The translations under genes were made by a program, and so were the position numbers. The notes below the pieces were generated by a model. That model was given only the letters and a program-made list of their open reading frames with translations. It did not search any database and was not told the origin of the DNA. This document shows positions 32,565 to 41,828 of a DNA stretch of 64,000 bases, piece by piece. The stretch spans positions 2,368,001 to 2,432,000 of the forward strand of contig OZ245777.1 in NCBI GenBank assembly GCA_965227775.1. Reading direction: 5' to 3'. The first letter of the stretch is position 1. Every line of letters begins with the position of its first letter. The stretch is from Phycisphaerales bacterium. Its GTDB lineage: Bacteria; Planctomycetota; Phycisphaerae; Phycisphaerales; UBA1924.

Positions 32565-33179
32565 TCAGGTCCGCACCGGCGAGAGGCCGAGCAGCCGAGA
32601 AATCTCGTCGAGCAACGCTGACACCGTGAACGGCTTCTTGAGGAACCCGTTGCCTCCGGCGCGCAAGAGGCGGTCGATCCGATCTTTCTCGATCACGCCC
32701 GAAACAAAGAGGATCTTCGTGTTCTGCAGATCCGCATTGTCGCGCACACGCTCGCACACGACGTCGCCGTTGATGTCGGGCAGCATGTAATCGAGGACGA
32801 TCAGGTGTGGGCGAAACCGCTCGGTCAGCAGGCCGGCGTCGTATCCGTTCGAGGCGGTCTCGATCTCGAAGCGGCTATCACGCCGCAACATCTCGTGCAA
32901 CAAGTCAACGATCTGCGGGTCGTCGTCGACGATGAGCACGCGGCGACGCGATCCCTCCAGCGCGTCGGTCGGGATGTTGTTCTCTCGCATGAAGCGCAGC
33001 AGCTCGTCACGCGGAATCCGGCGGAACTTGGACCCCGGCACGCGAAAGCCGTGCAGGCGACCGTTGTCGAAGCAGCGGATGATGGTCTGCTGGCTGACGC
33101 GGCAGACAGACGCGGCTTCGCCGGTGGTAAAGACCTTCTTCTCTGTCCAGTCGGGTTGTTGTTGATCTTGCGAAGCCAC
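32565..33179 (-). CDS. Response regulator with N-terminal excisionase-like HTH
   Basis: FTTGEAASVCRVSQQTIIRCFD.G.L.GFRVPGS.FRRI; VLIVDDD, LIVLDYMLP, FLKKPF; GTG start after GGGAG. Confidence 0.92.
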   Translation of the reverse strand: MASQDQQQPDWTEKKVFTTGEAASVCRVSQQTIIRCFDNGRLHGFRVPGSKFRRIPRDELLRFMRENNIPTDALEGSRRRVLIVDDDPQIVDLLHEMLRRDSRFEIETASNGYDAGLLTERFRPHLIVLDYMLPDINGDVVCERVRDNADLQNTKILFVSGVIEKDRIDRLLRAGGNGFLKKPFTVSALLDEISRLLGLSPVRT

Positions 33180-33334
33180 GCTGTATCTCCCGTCCGCACA
33201 CATCACCGGACGAGTTGGCTATCGACGCATACTTTGCCCAACTTCACACGGTTGCGTCCACGAGCGCCGTAGAAACCTAAGAAGTCGCAATGTAGGCAGG
33301 AAAATCAAGCCCGAAAACTACCCATCGAACATTA

Positions 33335-34057
33335 TCAGGCGTCGCCGGGCGCCCGCCCATAACGTTCGCGCCATTGCGTGACGGCGTCCGGCTCGCGCGG
33401 ATAGATCGGTCGCAGCAACTCAGCCGGTACAACCTGGCCCACATTGCGACTGGCCAAGAGCCCATCCGCCGTCAACCGCATCGGGATGCACTCGGCCCGT
33501 CGCTTGGAGGCTATTTCGAGCATCGATTCGGGCAGATGGCCCTCAAACAACAAACAGTCGCCCGGTAACAGGATCTCTTCGAACCCTTCGATGCCGACGG
33601 CACGGTTGGGACCAAGGTTGGCTCGATCGCCTTCTTGGAAACGTGCGATGAACGCGCTATCGCGCTTCGAGGCCATCGCAACCACGGTTGGTCCGAGATC
33701 CGACCGCTCTTGGAATGCGGTCTCAATTGCAACGCGCACGGTGTCGACTGCGCGAACCTGCGCTCCTGAGAGTTCCGCGATCACCGCCGCGGCGGTGCAT
33801 GCCAGCCGCGTCGCCGTGAACCCACCGGGGCCGATCGAGACCAACACCTCATCGAGATCGCTTGGCGAGCGTCGGGCTGCCTCGAAGAGCCCGGCGATCG
33901 ATGGCAGCAGAACGTCGTCGTTGCGGCCAGCCGTCGCGAGTGATTCCCGCGCCAGGATCTCGACAGCGCCCGAGTTGGGATCCTCACCGTACCGCGCGAG
34001 CAGCACGCCGGGCGTCGGCACATTGGGATTCGTCGCTTCGATGGCAAGGACCAGCAC
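33335..34057 (-). CDS. tsaB: tRNA threonylcarbamoyladenosine biosynthesis protein TsaB
   Basis: VLAIEAT, VSIGPGGFTATR, C-terminal LRPIYPRE; TACCCT 6 nt before GTG. Confidence 0.85.
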   Translation of the reverse strand: MLVLAIEATNPNVPTPGVLLARYGEDPNSGAVEILARESLATAGRNDDVLLPSIAGLFEAARRSPSDLDEVLVSIGPGGFTATRLACTAAAVIAELSGAQVRAVDTVRVAIETAFQERSDLGPTVVAMASKRDSAFIARFQEGDRANLGPNRAVGIEGFEEILLPGDCLLFEGHLPESMLEIASKRRAECIPMRLTADGLLASRNVGQVVPAELLRPIYPREPDAVTQWRERYGRAPGDA

Positions 34058-34071
34058 GCAGCGAGGGTAGA

Positions 34072-34536
34072 TCAGCCCTCGGGACCTGGCCCGCTGCGTC
34101 GCCGCTTGCGTTCGGCGTTCTGGCGTTTGGCCTCGAGACGGCGCTCGTTGGCGCCCCGCGACCGACGGGTCGGGATCCGCCGCTTGGGCTCGATCATGGC
34201 CTCGCGGCAGAGGTCCTTCAGCCGCTCCAGGCACTCCTCCTGGTTACGGCGGGCGGACCGTGTTCGCTCGCAAGTGAGAATGAGCGTGCCGTCGGCGGTC
34301 ATGCGTTCGCCGGCAAGGTCTCGCAGCCGCTTTCGGGCGCGAACCGGCATGCGGATGTCGAGCAGGCCGACCCGCAGCTCGGCTCGCGTGTGCCGCCGAT
34401 TCACATTCTGGCCGCCCGGTCCGGACGCCGGGCTTTGCCGAAAACGCAGGGCCGAGGCGGGCACGGTGGCACCCGGGGCGAGCACGATCTCGTCGCCAGC
34501 ATCCTGGGGTTCGGGGTGTGGTGGTGGGGTCGACAT
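34072..34536 (-). CDS. arfB: Alternative ribosome rescue peptidyl-tRNA hydrolase ArfB
   Basis: ASGPGGQNVN motif; basic tail PKRRIPTRRSRGANERRLEAKR. Confidence 0.93.
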   Translation of the reverse strand: MSTPPPHPEPQDAGDEIVLAPGATVPASALRFRQSPASGPGGQNVNRRHTRAELRVGLLDIRMPVRARKRLRDLAGERMTADGTLILTCERTRSARRNQEECLERLKDLCREAMIEPKRRIPTRRSRGANERRLEAKRQNAERKRRRSGPGPEG

Positions 34537-34651
34537 GGCGGAACCGCCCCGGCTGGGGGCACGGGGGCATGGTACCCTGCGGCCCGGGAACGCCCGAGAG
34601 TTCCCGCACGTACCGAACGGCCCGATCTTTCCGCAACGCCAAGGAGCCGGC

Positions 34652-35545
34652 GTGAACTGGCAGCCTCGAGCCATCTCGACTCTCGTCGCACTGGCGACCC
34701 TGGTTTCGACGTGCCTCGCCGAGCGGCCCGGGGGGCTGCGGTTCGTGCACCAGGAAGCCGAAGCGGTCGAGTCCGCTCCCGAAGCCGCAAAGACAGTCGA
34801 TTGGACGGTCCAGGTCGAGCCATTGGTTCGTTTCACGGCTCCCGCGGGCGAGATTCGTCTGCCTGGCGGCTCGGTCCGCGGCTCGCTCGTCGAACTCGAA
34901 GACCTGAACCTCGATGCACCCCGTCTCATGCCCGGCTTCGACATCAGCTTGCGAAACGGGCCGTGGCGGATCAACGCGATCGGCCTCTTCTACGACATCG
35001 ACGGCCAGATCGCGACCGCCGACGAAGACCTGACGCTCGGCACGCTCTCGGTTGCCGATGGCCAGCGCACCAGCATCGCCCACACGTACGCCCAGATCGA
35101 TCTGAGGCTCGCTCGCACCATCGTCGACCGCCCGATCAGCCCGCGCAAGGACGCGGTCGGCCACAAGGTCCGATTCCGGCTGGACGCCGAGGCTGGCGTG
35201 CGCATCTATGACTTCGAGTTCGAGGTCGAGAACCTTGACACGGGCGGCCGCTACACCGACGATCGCACGTTCTTCGAGCCGCACGCAGGTTTCAAGGCCG
35301 GCTTCAGCATGTTCGAGGACGTCACGATCGACCTCTACACGAATTTCGGCGCCTGGCCGCTCGATGCCAGCGCGTACAGCTGGGACATTGGCGTCGGATT
35401 TCAGTGGCGTCCGGTCGACTACTTCGGGGCGCAGATCGGCTATCGCAGCACGATCTTCGGCCTGAACGAGGGCAGCGGCACGAACGAGTTCGAGTGGAAC
35501 GGCTCCTACCAGGGCCTATACGCCGGGCTGCAATTCCGCTTCTAG
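34652..35545 (+). CDS. Putative outer-membrane beta-barrel protein
   Basis: AAGGAG RBS + GTG; signal peptide; alternating aromatic/hydrophobic strands; C-terminal beta-signal GLYAGLQFRF. Confidence 0.75.
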   Translation: MNWQPRAISTLVALATLVSTCLAERPGGLRFVHQEAEAVESAPEAAKTVDWTVQVEPLVRFTAPAGEIRLPGGSVRGSLVELEDLNLDAPRLMPGFDISLRNGPWRINAIGLFYDIDGQIATADEDLTLGTLSVADGQRTSIAHTYAQIDLRLARTIVDRPISPRKDAVGHKVRFRLDAEAGVRIYDFEFEVENLDTGGRYTDDRTFFEPHAGFKAGFSMFEDVTIDLYTNFGAWPLDASAYSWDIGVGFQWRPVDYFGAQIGYRSTIFGLNEGSGTNEFEWNGSYQGLYAGLQFRF

Positions 35546-35598
35546 AGGGCTCTGGTACCCGCCGCCTCCCTACCATGCCGGCCCGAACGAGGGCCACC

Positions 35599-38500
35599 AT
35601 GACCGAAACCGCCTCGACCAGTTCTATTACGCCCGCGCACCGCTACAACGCGGCTCTGGCCAACACCATCGAGCCCAAATGGCAGGCGCGATGGCTCGAG
35701 TCGGGCGTCTACCACCGCCCCAACCCCGGTGAGCGCGGCTTCGATGCGAGCCGGCCGAAGTACTACGTGCTCGACATGTTCCCGTATCCATCGGGTGCCG
35801 GGCTGCACGTGGGCCATCCCGAGGGGTACACCGCCACCGACATCCTGGGCCGCTACAAGAAGATGGCCGGCCACAACGTGCTGCACGTCATGGGCTGGGA
35901 CGCGTTCGGCCTGCCCGCCGAGCAGCACGCGATTAACACCGGCGAGCACCCCGCCACCTTTACCCGTGGCACGATTGATACGTTCCGCCGGCAGCTCCAG
36001 CGGTTCGGCTTCGCCTACGACTGGTCGCGCGAGGTCGCGACCATCGACGAGGGCTTCTATCGCTGGACGCAATGGATCTTCCTGAAGCTCTACGACGCCT
36101 GGTTCGACCCGTGGCAAAACAAGGCGCGGCCGATCGCTGAGTTGCGGAGCGAGCTCGAGAGCGGCGATCTGCGCATTGGTGGAGACGGCAGGCTCATCCA
36201 TGTGGGGCGGACGAGTAAGACGCTCACAGCACTGGGTGGCGAACCAGGGACGGCCCGGCGCTGGCACGAACTCGAGCCCGGCGAGCAGCGTGCCGTAATC
36301 GACGATCAGCGGCTGGCCTACGTCGGCGAGCAGACCGTCAACTGGTGCCCCAAGCTGGGCACCGTGCTGGCCAACGAGGAAGTCATCGACGGCCGCAGCG
36401 AGCGCGGGAGCCACCCGGTCTTCCGCAAGCCGCTGAAGCAGTGGATGCTGCGCATCACCGCCTACGCGGAGCGGCTGCTCGCAGGGCTCGACGGGCTGGA
36501 CTGGCCCGAAGACACGCGGAGTAAGCAGCGCCACTGGATCGGCAAGAGCGAGGGCGCCGAAGTCGACTTCGCGCTTGACATCGACACGAGCGATCCAGAG
36601 ATCGATGCCGATCTGCCGCCGGCGCTGCGCGTGTTCACTACGCGTCCCGACACCATCTTCGGCGCGACGTTCGTGGTCATCGCTCCCGAGCATCCGGTGG
36701 TCGATGCCGTCCTGCGCACGCCGCGGCCCGAGACACCCGCCGACGAGCTGCGCGCGTACGCCGAGAAAGCGCGCAACACCGCCGATGTCGATCGCCAGGC
36801 CGCGAAGGAGAAGTCCGGCGTCTTCACAGGGCTGCACGCGATCAACCCCGTCACCGGCGAGCGCGTGCCGGTGTACGTTGCAGACTATGTCCTGATGGGC
36901 TACGGCTACGGCGCGATTATGGCCGTGCCAGCCCACGACGAGCGCGACTTCGATTTCGCCGAGAAGTTCGGCTTGACCATCCGCGATGTGGTGTACCCAC
37001 TAGCGATCTCGGCGATGGCGTACTACTCGGCCAACGCCACGCAGGCCGAGGTGAGCGACGACGGCTGGCAGACCACGCTGGCTGACATGCTGGGCTATGT
37101 CACGAGCAACGACGTAGCGCCGAAAGACTTCGACCACGCGCTCACGCACGTGCGCATGAACCGCCGCGGCGATAGCCCGGTGCCCGAAGACCGCAAGAGC
37201 CTCGTTGAAGCCAACCCAGCGGACCTAGCCGACACCGAACGCTGGCGTGGCGCCGTTCGTGGCCAATGGCTCGACACGATAAACAGCCTGTTTGGCGACG
37301 AGTTCACCAAGCTGCGTGAGACCTTTGTCAACGGCACCCACTTTGCCAGCCAGGGCCAGCCCTACGACGGAAACGGCTATGCCGCAAACTCGAGCGCCAG
37401 TGTCGAGGGTTCGAGCATCTCGCTGGATGGCGTGCCCACGGGCCAAGCCAAAGCCAAGATCACCGATTGGCTTGATGAAACCGGCATCGGCCGCAGACGC
37501 ACGAACTTCAAGCTACGCGACTGGCTGTTCAGTCGCCAGCGGTATTGGGGCGAGCCATTCCCCATCGTCTTCACCGAGTCGGGCGATCACTATCCGCTCG
37601 ACGACGCCGCCTTACCGCTGAAGCTGCCCGATATCGCCGACTACGAGCCCGCCGAGAGCGAGGACCCCCAGCCGTTGCTCGCCAAGGCGGACGATTGGGT
37701 GCGCACTAGTGCGGGCGAGGCCGGATGCTCGGCGCTCGATCCGGAAACCGTCGTGTTCCGCGAGACCAACACCATGCCCGGCTGGGCCGGAAGCTGCTGG
37801 TATTACCTGCGCTACGCCGACCCGCACAACGACGATGCGCTCGTGTCGAGGGATGCCCAGGCCTATTGGCTGGGCGATCGCGGTGTCGATCTCTACATTG
37901 GCGGGTCCGAGCACGCCGTTCTGCACCTGCTGTACGCACGTTTCTGGCACATGGTGCTCTACGACCTGGGCTACGTCGACTCGCCCGAGCCGTTCCGCAA
38001 GCTGTTCCACCAGGGCCTGATCACCAGTTTCGCGTATCAGCGAAAGGACAAGACGCTGGTGCCGACCGATCAGGTCGAGAACGTGGGCACCGACGATGCG
38101 CCCGAGTACGTCGAGAAGGCAACCGGTGAGCGGGTCATGCAGACCATCGCGAAGATGTCCAAGAGCCTCAAGAACGTTGTGAACCCAGACGACGTCATCG
38201 CCGACTTCGGAGCAGACACCTTCCGCATCTACGAGATGTACATGGGCCCGCTCGAGGCATCCAAGCCCTGGAACACCCGGGACATCATGGGCCTGCACCG
38301 TTTCCTGCAGCGCCTCTGGCGGCTGATCGTCGACGAGGAAACCGGCGAGCCCCGCCTGGCTGACGCCGAAAACGCCGACGTTGACAAGCAGCTCCACCGC
38401 ACGATCGCGAAGGTCGAGGGCGACATCGAACGCCTGAGCTTCAACACTGCCATCGCCGCGATGATCGAGCTAGTGAATCTGGCAACCAGCAAGGCCGGTG

Positions 38501-38871
38501 ACGGCCCGATCTTCACCCAGCAGCAGGCACGCCGGGTCGCCGCGACGCTCGCGCCCTTCGCGCCCCATACGGCCGACGAGCTGCACGAGCGTCTGGGCGG
38601 GGTCGATCACGCCGGCCAGCAGGTGCAGACGCTCTACGACAGTGCGTGGCCCAAGTACGACGAGAGCAAGCTGGTCGACGACGAGGTCGAGATCGCGGTG
38701 CAGATTCTGGGCAAGGTCAAGGCGCGCATCATGGTGCCGGCCGACGCCGATGCAAAGCGTCTGGAGTCCATCGCACTGGACCACGACGAGATCAAGCCGC
38801 TGTTGGGAGGCAAGACCGTGAGGAAGGTCATCGCCGTCCCGGGCCGCCTGGTCAACATCGTCGCGAACTGA
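35599..38871 (+). CDS. leuS: Leucine--tRNA ligase
   Basis: YVLDMFPYPSGAGLHVGH, GWDAFGLPAE, FTTRPDTIFG, GYGYGAIMAVPAHDERD, LRDWLFSRQRYWG, KMSKS. Confidence 0.98.
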   Translation: MTETASTSSITPAHRYNAALANTIEPKWQARWLESGVYHRPNPGERGFDASRPKYYVLDMFPYPSGAGLHVGHPEGYTATDILGRYKKMAGHNVLHVMGWDAFGLPAEQHAINTGEHPATFTRGTIDTFRRQLQRFGFAYDWSREVATIDEGFYRWTQWIFLKLYDAWFDPWQNKARPIAELRSELESGDLRIGGDGRLIHVGRTSKTLTALGGEPGTARRWHELEPGEQRAVIDDQRLAYVGEQTVNWCPKLGTVLANEEVIDGRSERGSHPVFRKPLKQWMLRITAYAERLLAGLDGLDWPEDTRSKQRHWIGKSEGAEVDFALDIDTSDPEIDADLPPALRVFTTRPDTIFGATFVVIAPEHPVVDAVLRTPRPETPADELRAYAEKARNTADVDRQAAKEKSGVFTGLHAINPVTGERVPVYVADYVLMGYGYGAIMAVPAHDERDFDFAEKFGLTIRDVVYPLAISAMAYYSANATQAEVSDDGWQTTLADMLGYVTSNDVAPKDFDHALTHVRMNRRGDSPVPEDRKSLVEANPADLADTERWRGAVRGQWLDTINSLFGDEFTKLRETFVNGTHFASQGQPYDGNGYAANSSASVEGSSISLDGVPTGQAKAKITDWLDETGIGRRRTNFKLRDWLFSRQRYWGEPFPIVFTESGDHYPLDDAALPLKLPDIADYEPAESEDPQPLLAKADDWVRTSAGEAGCSALDPETVVFRETNTMPGWAGSCWYYLRYADPHNDDALVSRDAQAYWLGDRGVDLYIGGSEHAVLHLLYARFWHMVLYDLGYVDSPEPFRKLFHQGLITSFAYQRKDKTLVPTDQVENVGTDDAPEYVEKATGERVMQTIAKMSKSLKNVVNPDDVIADFGADTFRIYEMYMGPLEASKPWNTRDIMGLHRFLQRLWRLIVDEETGEPRLADAENADVDKQLHRTIAKVEGDIERLSFNTAIAAMIELVNLATSKAGDGPIFTQQQARRVAATLAPFAPHTADELHERLGGVDHAGQQVQTLYDSAWPKYDESKLVDDEVEIAVQILGKVKARIMVPADADAKRLESIALDHDEIKPLLGGKTVRKVIAVPGRLVNIVAN

Positions 38872-40980
38872 CTACGAGCGCACTTCCGCCCCAACCGCTT
38901 CGCGGAGTGCCCCAACAGCCCGCTCCATCTGCGGGTCGACCTCCTCGTGCCGCAGCGTGCGATCGTCGTCGCGGAATGCCAGACGGAGCGTCACGCTCTT
39001 CTTGCCCTCGCCCACTTGCTTGCCGGCGTAGGTGCAGACAAATGCGATGGCGCGAAGGCGGTCAAGGTCCAGGTCTGCGACCGTCGACTCGATCTGTGCC
39101 CACGGCGTTGCGCTCGGCACCACGACCGAAAGATCGCGCTCGATTCCCGGAAACGCAGGAAGCGCGCCCACGCGCGGCGTGGGCGGGTACGCGTCGAGCA
39201 AGGGCTCGAGTTCGAATTCCGCCACGACCACCGGCCGCTGCAAGTCGAACAAGGCGAGCGTGTCGCTCGTGGGCAGCCCGAGATACCCAAGCTCGATCGA
39301 GCCGGCCGCGCCATCAACGAACACGCGCCCCGTGTTCGCAGGATCCATTGCAGCTGGCAACTCGCCACCGGTCTCGACGCGCAACCTTGCCTCGTGCCCG
39401 TAGCACAACGCAACCATCGACTCGATGGCCGCCTTGGCGACGCGTACGCCGTGCTGCACGTCTGCGGCCTTGGCCTTCGGTCCATCGCCGCCGGCATCAA
39501 CCACCAGCGCAATCTTCCGGGACTCCTCGTTCGCGCCCTCGCTCATGGACCAGAACGTGGCCGAAACTTCGAACAGGCGCACTCCGCCGTCTTGGTGCAC
39601 CTGGGCGTCGCGATTGACACGCCGGCACGTCAGCAAACTTGGCAGCACGCTGGGCCGCAGCGTCGGCTCGGCCCCGCGTCGATCGTCGTCAACGTTCACG
39701 AGCGATGCGCCACTGGGCAGGAACGGCGTCGCTTTGTCCGGGCTGGTGAAGCTGAACGTCACCGCCTCGTAGAAGCCAAGGGCCGTCAGCGCGTGGGCGA
39801 TGCCCTCCATCGCCCGCTCTTCTGACTGTGGAGCCTGTGCCTTGATCGCCAGTCGTCGGGCGAGTGGGACGGCATCGAAGCCCCGAAGCCGCGCGATCTC
39901 TTCGATTAAGTCGATCTCTCGAGTGAGATCGTGCGCGCGGTGCGGTGGGGGCGTGCACGCCAGCGCATCGTCCTGCACACGCACGTCGATATCCACCGAG
40001 CGAAGCAGCCGCACCATCTCGTCCGCCGGCGTCTCGATGCCCAGCACCGCAGAGCACCGCTGCGGCCGCAGCGTGATGGCCCTTCCTTCGGACATTGGCG
40101 CGCCCTCGACGAGCGCCCCCTCGCACAGCGTGCCGCCGGTCAATTCTGCGATGAGCCTGGCCGCGATCTCTGCCGCCGGCAGGCACGTCCGCGGATCGAC
40201 GACCCGCTCGAACCGGTGGCTCGCGTCGGTCCGCACAGCGTGGCGTCGGCTGGCCGCGCGAACACGGGCCGGGTCCCACGTGGCGACCTCGAGCACGATT
40301 TTCGTCGTGCCCTCTTCGACTTGTGAGTCGGCCCCGCCGATGACGCCCGCCAGCGACGTCGCCTTGGCCGCATCGGCGACCACGATCTCGCCCGCGGCGA
40401 GCTTCCGGGAGGCGCCGTCCAGCGTCGCCAATGGCTCGCCCTCGGTCGCCTCGCGGATGATCAGCGTCTTGCCTTCAAGCCGGTCCAGATCGAAAACGTG
40501 GCTCGGGTTGCCGTGCTCAAGGTTCAGCCAGTTGGTGACGTCGACGGCGTTGTTGATCGACCGCTGGCCCACGCTTTCGAGCAGTTCCCGCAGCCATGCC
40601 GGGCTCGGGCCGATCTTCGCATTGACGATCACGTGGGCCGTGAACGTCGGGCACGCCGGCCGCTCGCCCGCCGAGCAGCGGTTCTCGAGGGTCAGGTGCT
40701 CGCCCACCGCCGGGCCGCGCTGCACCTCGCCGATGGCCCGAGGCGTCACGGCCCGCCCGGTGATCGCCGCGATCTCGCGCGCAAGCCCCAGGTGGCACAG
40801 GCAATCGCCCCGGTTGCTTGTGACCTCGACGTCCAGCAGCGCGTCGTCGCCCTTGGGCTCAACTCCGTCGAGTGGGAAGCCGGCCGCCGTCAGCGCGGCA
40901 TCGATCTCGTCGACGGTCAGCGGCGAATTCGCGTTCTCGTCTCCCAGCAGGGAGGCGAGCCATGTCAGGCTTGCGTCCAT
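38872..40980 (-). CDS. pheT: Phenylalanine--tRNA ligase beta subunit (702 aa)
   Basis: VTSNRGDCL..GLAREI, INNAVDVTN, DASHRFER, REIDLIEEIAR, RLFEV, FPGIERDLS, GKKSVTLRLAFR..DRTL. Confidence 0.96.
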   Translation of the reverse strand: MDASLTWLASLLGDENANSPLTVDEIDAALTAAGFPLDGVEPKGDDALLDVEVTSNRGDCLCHLGLAREIAAITGRAVTPRAIGEVQRGPAVGEHLTLENRCSAGERPACPTFTAHVIVNAKIGPSPAWLRELLESVGQRSINNAVDVTNWLNLEHGNPSHVFDLDRLEGKTLIIREATEGEPLATLDGASRKLAAGEIVVADAAKATSLAGVIGGADSQVEEGTTKIVLEVATWDPARVRAASRRHAVRTDASHRFERVVDPRTCLPAAEIAARLIAELTGGTLCEGALVEGAPMSEGRAITLRPQRCSAVLGIETPADEMVRLLRSVDIDVRVQDDALACTPPPHRAHDLTREIDLIEEIARLRGFDAVPLARRLAIKAQAPQSEERAMEGIAHALTALGFYEAVTFSFTSPDKATPFLPSGASLVNVDDDRRGAEPTLRPSVLPSLLTCRRVNRDAQVHQDGGVRLFEVSATFWSMSEGANEESRKIALVVDAGGDGPKAKAADVQHGVRVAKAAIESMVALCYGHEARLRVETGGELPAAMDPANTGRVFVDGAAGSIELGYLGLPTSDTLALFDLQRPVVVAEFELEPLLDAYPPTPRVGALPAFPGIERDLSVVVPSATPWAQIESTVADLDLDRLRAIAFVCTYAGKQVGEGKKSVTLRLAFRDDDRTLRHEEVDPQMERAVGALREAVGAEVRS

Positions 40981-41040
40981 AGGGGCCAAGGGTAGGGCTG
41001 GCACAGTTCCCCGATGCGTGCGGCTGCCGTACGCTCCGCC

Positions 41041-41610
41041 ATGCTCCATCGGGCCTGCACGCTCATCCTGCTCGCCTCCTCCGCGTTGCTCGTCGCCGCG
41101 TGCCGCTCGTCGCCCGATCCTGAACCCGAACCAGCCTCGCTCCAGGCGCCGCCCGGCCTGAGCGTGCGGGCCGAGGTCTACGTGCGGGACACCATTGCCG
41201 CCGCTCGGTTCGTCCCGGGCGTCTACCTGCTTGAGCCCGACGGCACGCTCCGCGTCAGCGAGCGCCAGCTCAGGCCCACTCGGCCCCAAGCCAGCGATGA
41301 GCCGATGCCCACTGCGACGGCCTACCCGCCAATCCAGCGGCGGCTGAGCCCCTCCGAGGTCGACCGCCTGTGGCGCGTCATCGGCCCGACGACGCTCTCG
41401 GACCCCAACAACCCTGAGCGCATCAGCCCCTCGGCCGACTGGTCGCCGTCCTCCAGCCGCAGCCTGGCGCTGATTGACATCGAGGATGATCGGGGCCGCC
41501 GCCGCTTCGCGATCTCGCTGACCGGGGCGACCCCCGCGGCCGTCGACGGCCGGGCCCTGGTCGAGCGGCTCCAGGCGCTCGCGTGGCGGACGCCGCCTCC
41601 GAGGCCTTAA
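41041..41610 (+). CDS. Hypothetical lipoprotein
   Basis: Lipobox LVAAC after a hydrophobic core; GC-rich third codon positions; TACGCT 5 nt before ATG. Confidence 0.75.
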   Translation: MLHRACTLILLASSALLVAACRSSPDPEPEPASLQAPPGLSVRAEVYVRDTIAAARFVPGVYLLEPDGTLRVSERQLRPTRPQASDEPMPTATAYPPIQRRLSPSEVDRLWRVIGPTTLSDPNNPERISPSADWSPSSSRSLALIDIEDDRGRRRFAISLTGATPAAVDGRALVERLQALAWRTPPPRP

Positions 41611-41681
41611 GAGATTCGTCGCGTTGGGGCGAGAACCGCCCTTTGAAGCGCGGCACCTTCGAGGATCTAGCGCGTGCGTCC

Positions 41682-41828
41682 CAGAACGCACGCCGGCGGT
41701 CACGAAAAGTTGGTCCGCTGTCAGCACTACCTCGACGGCGGTCATCGAAGATCGGCCGGCTGTCACGACAGGGTGATCGATCATCATGTCCGGCCGGATT
41801 GTGACCACCTCCGGCAAGGCCGTCGCCA
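41682..41828. repeat. Degenerate tandem array with 21-nt period
   Basis: Units end CGGCGGTCA, CCGCTGTCA, CGGCGGTCA, CGGCTGTCA (GTCA at 41699, 41720, 41741, 41762), then decay to ATCA/ACCA/GCCA at the same period. Confidence 0.6.

Noticed and set aside
37000..37359. Intein in leuS
   Set aside because: No splice-junction residues or LAGLIDADG motifs; kept as an inserted domain instead
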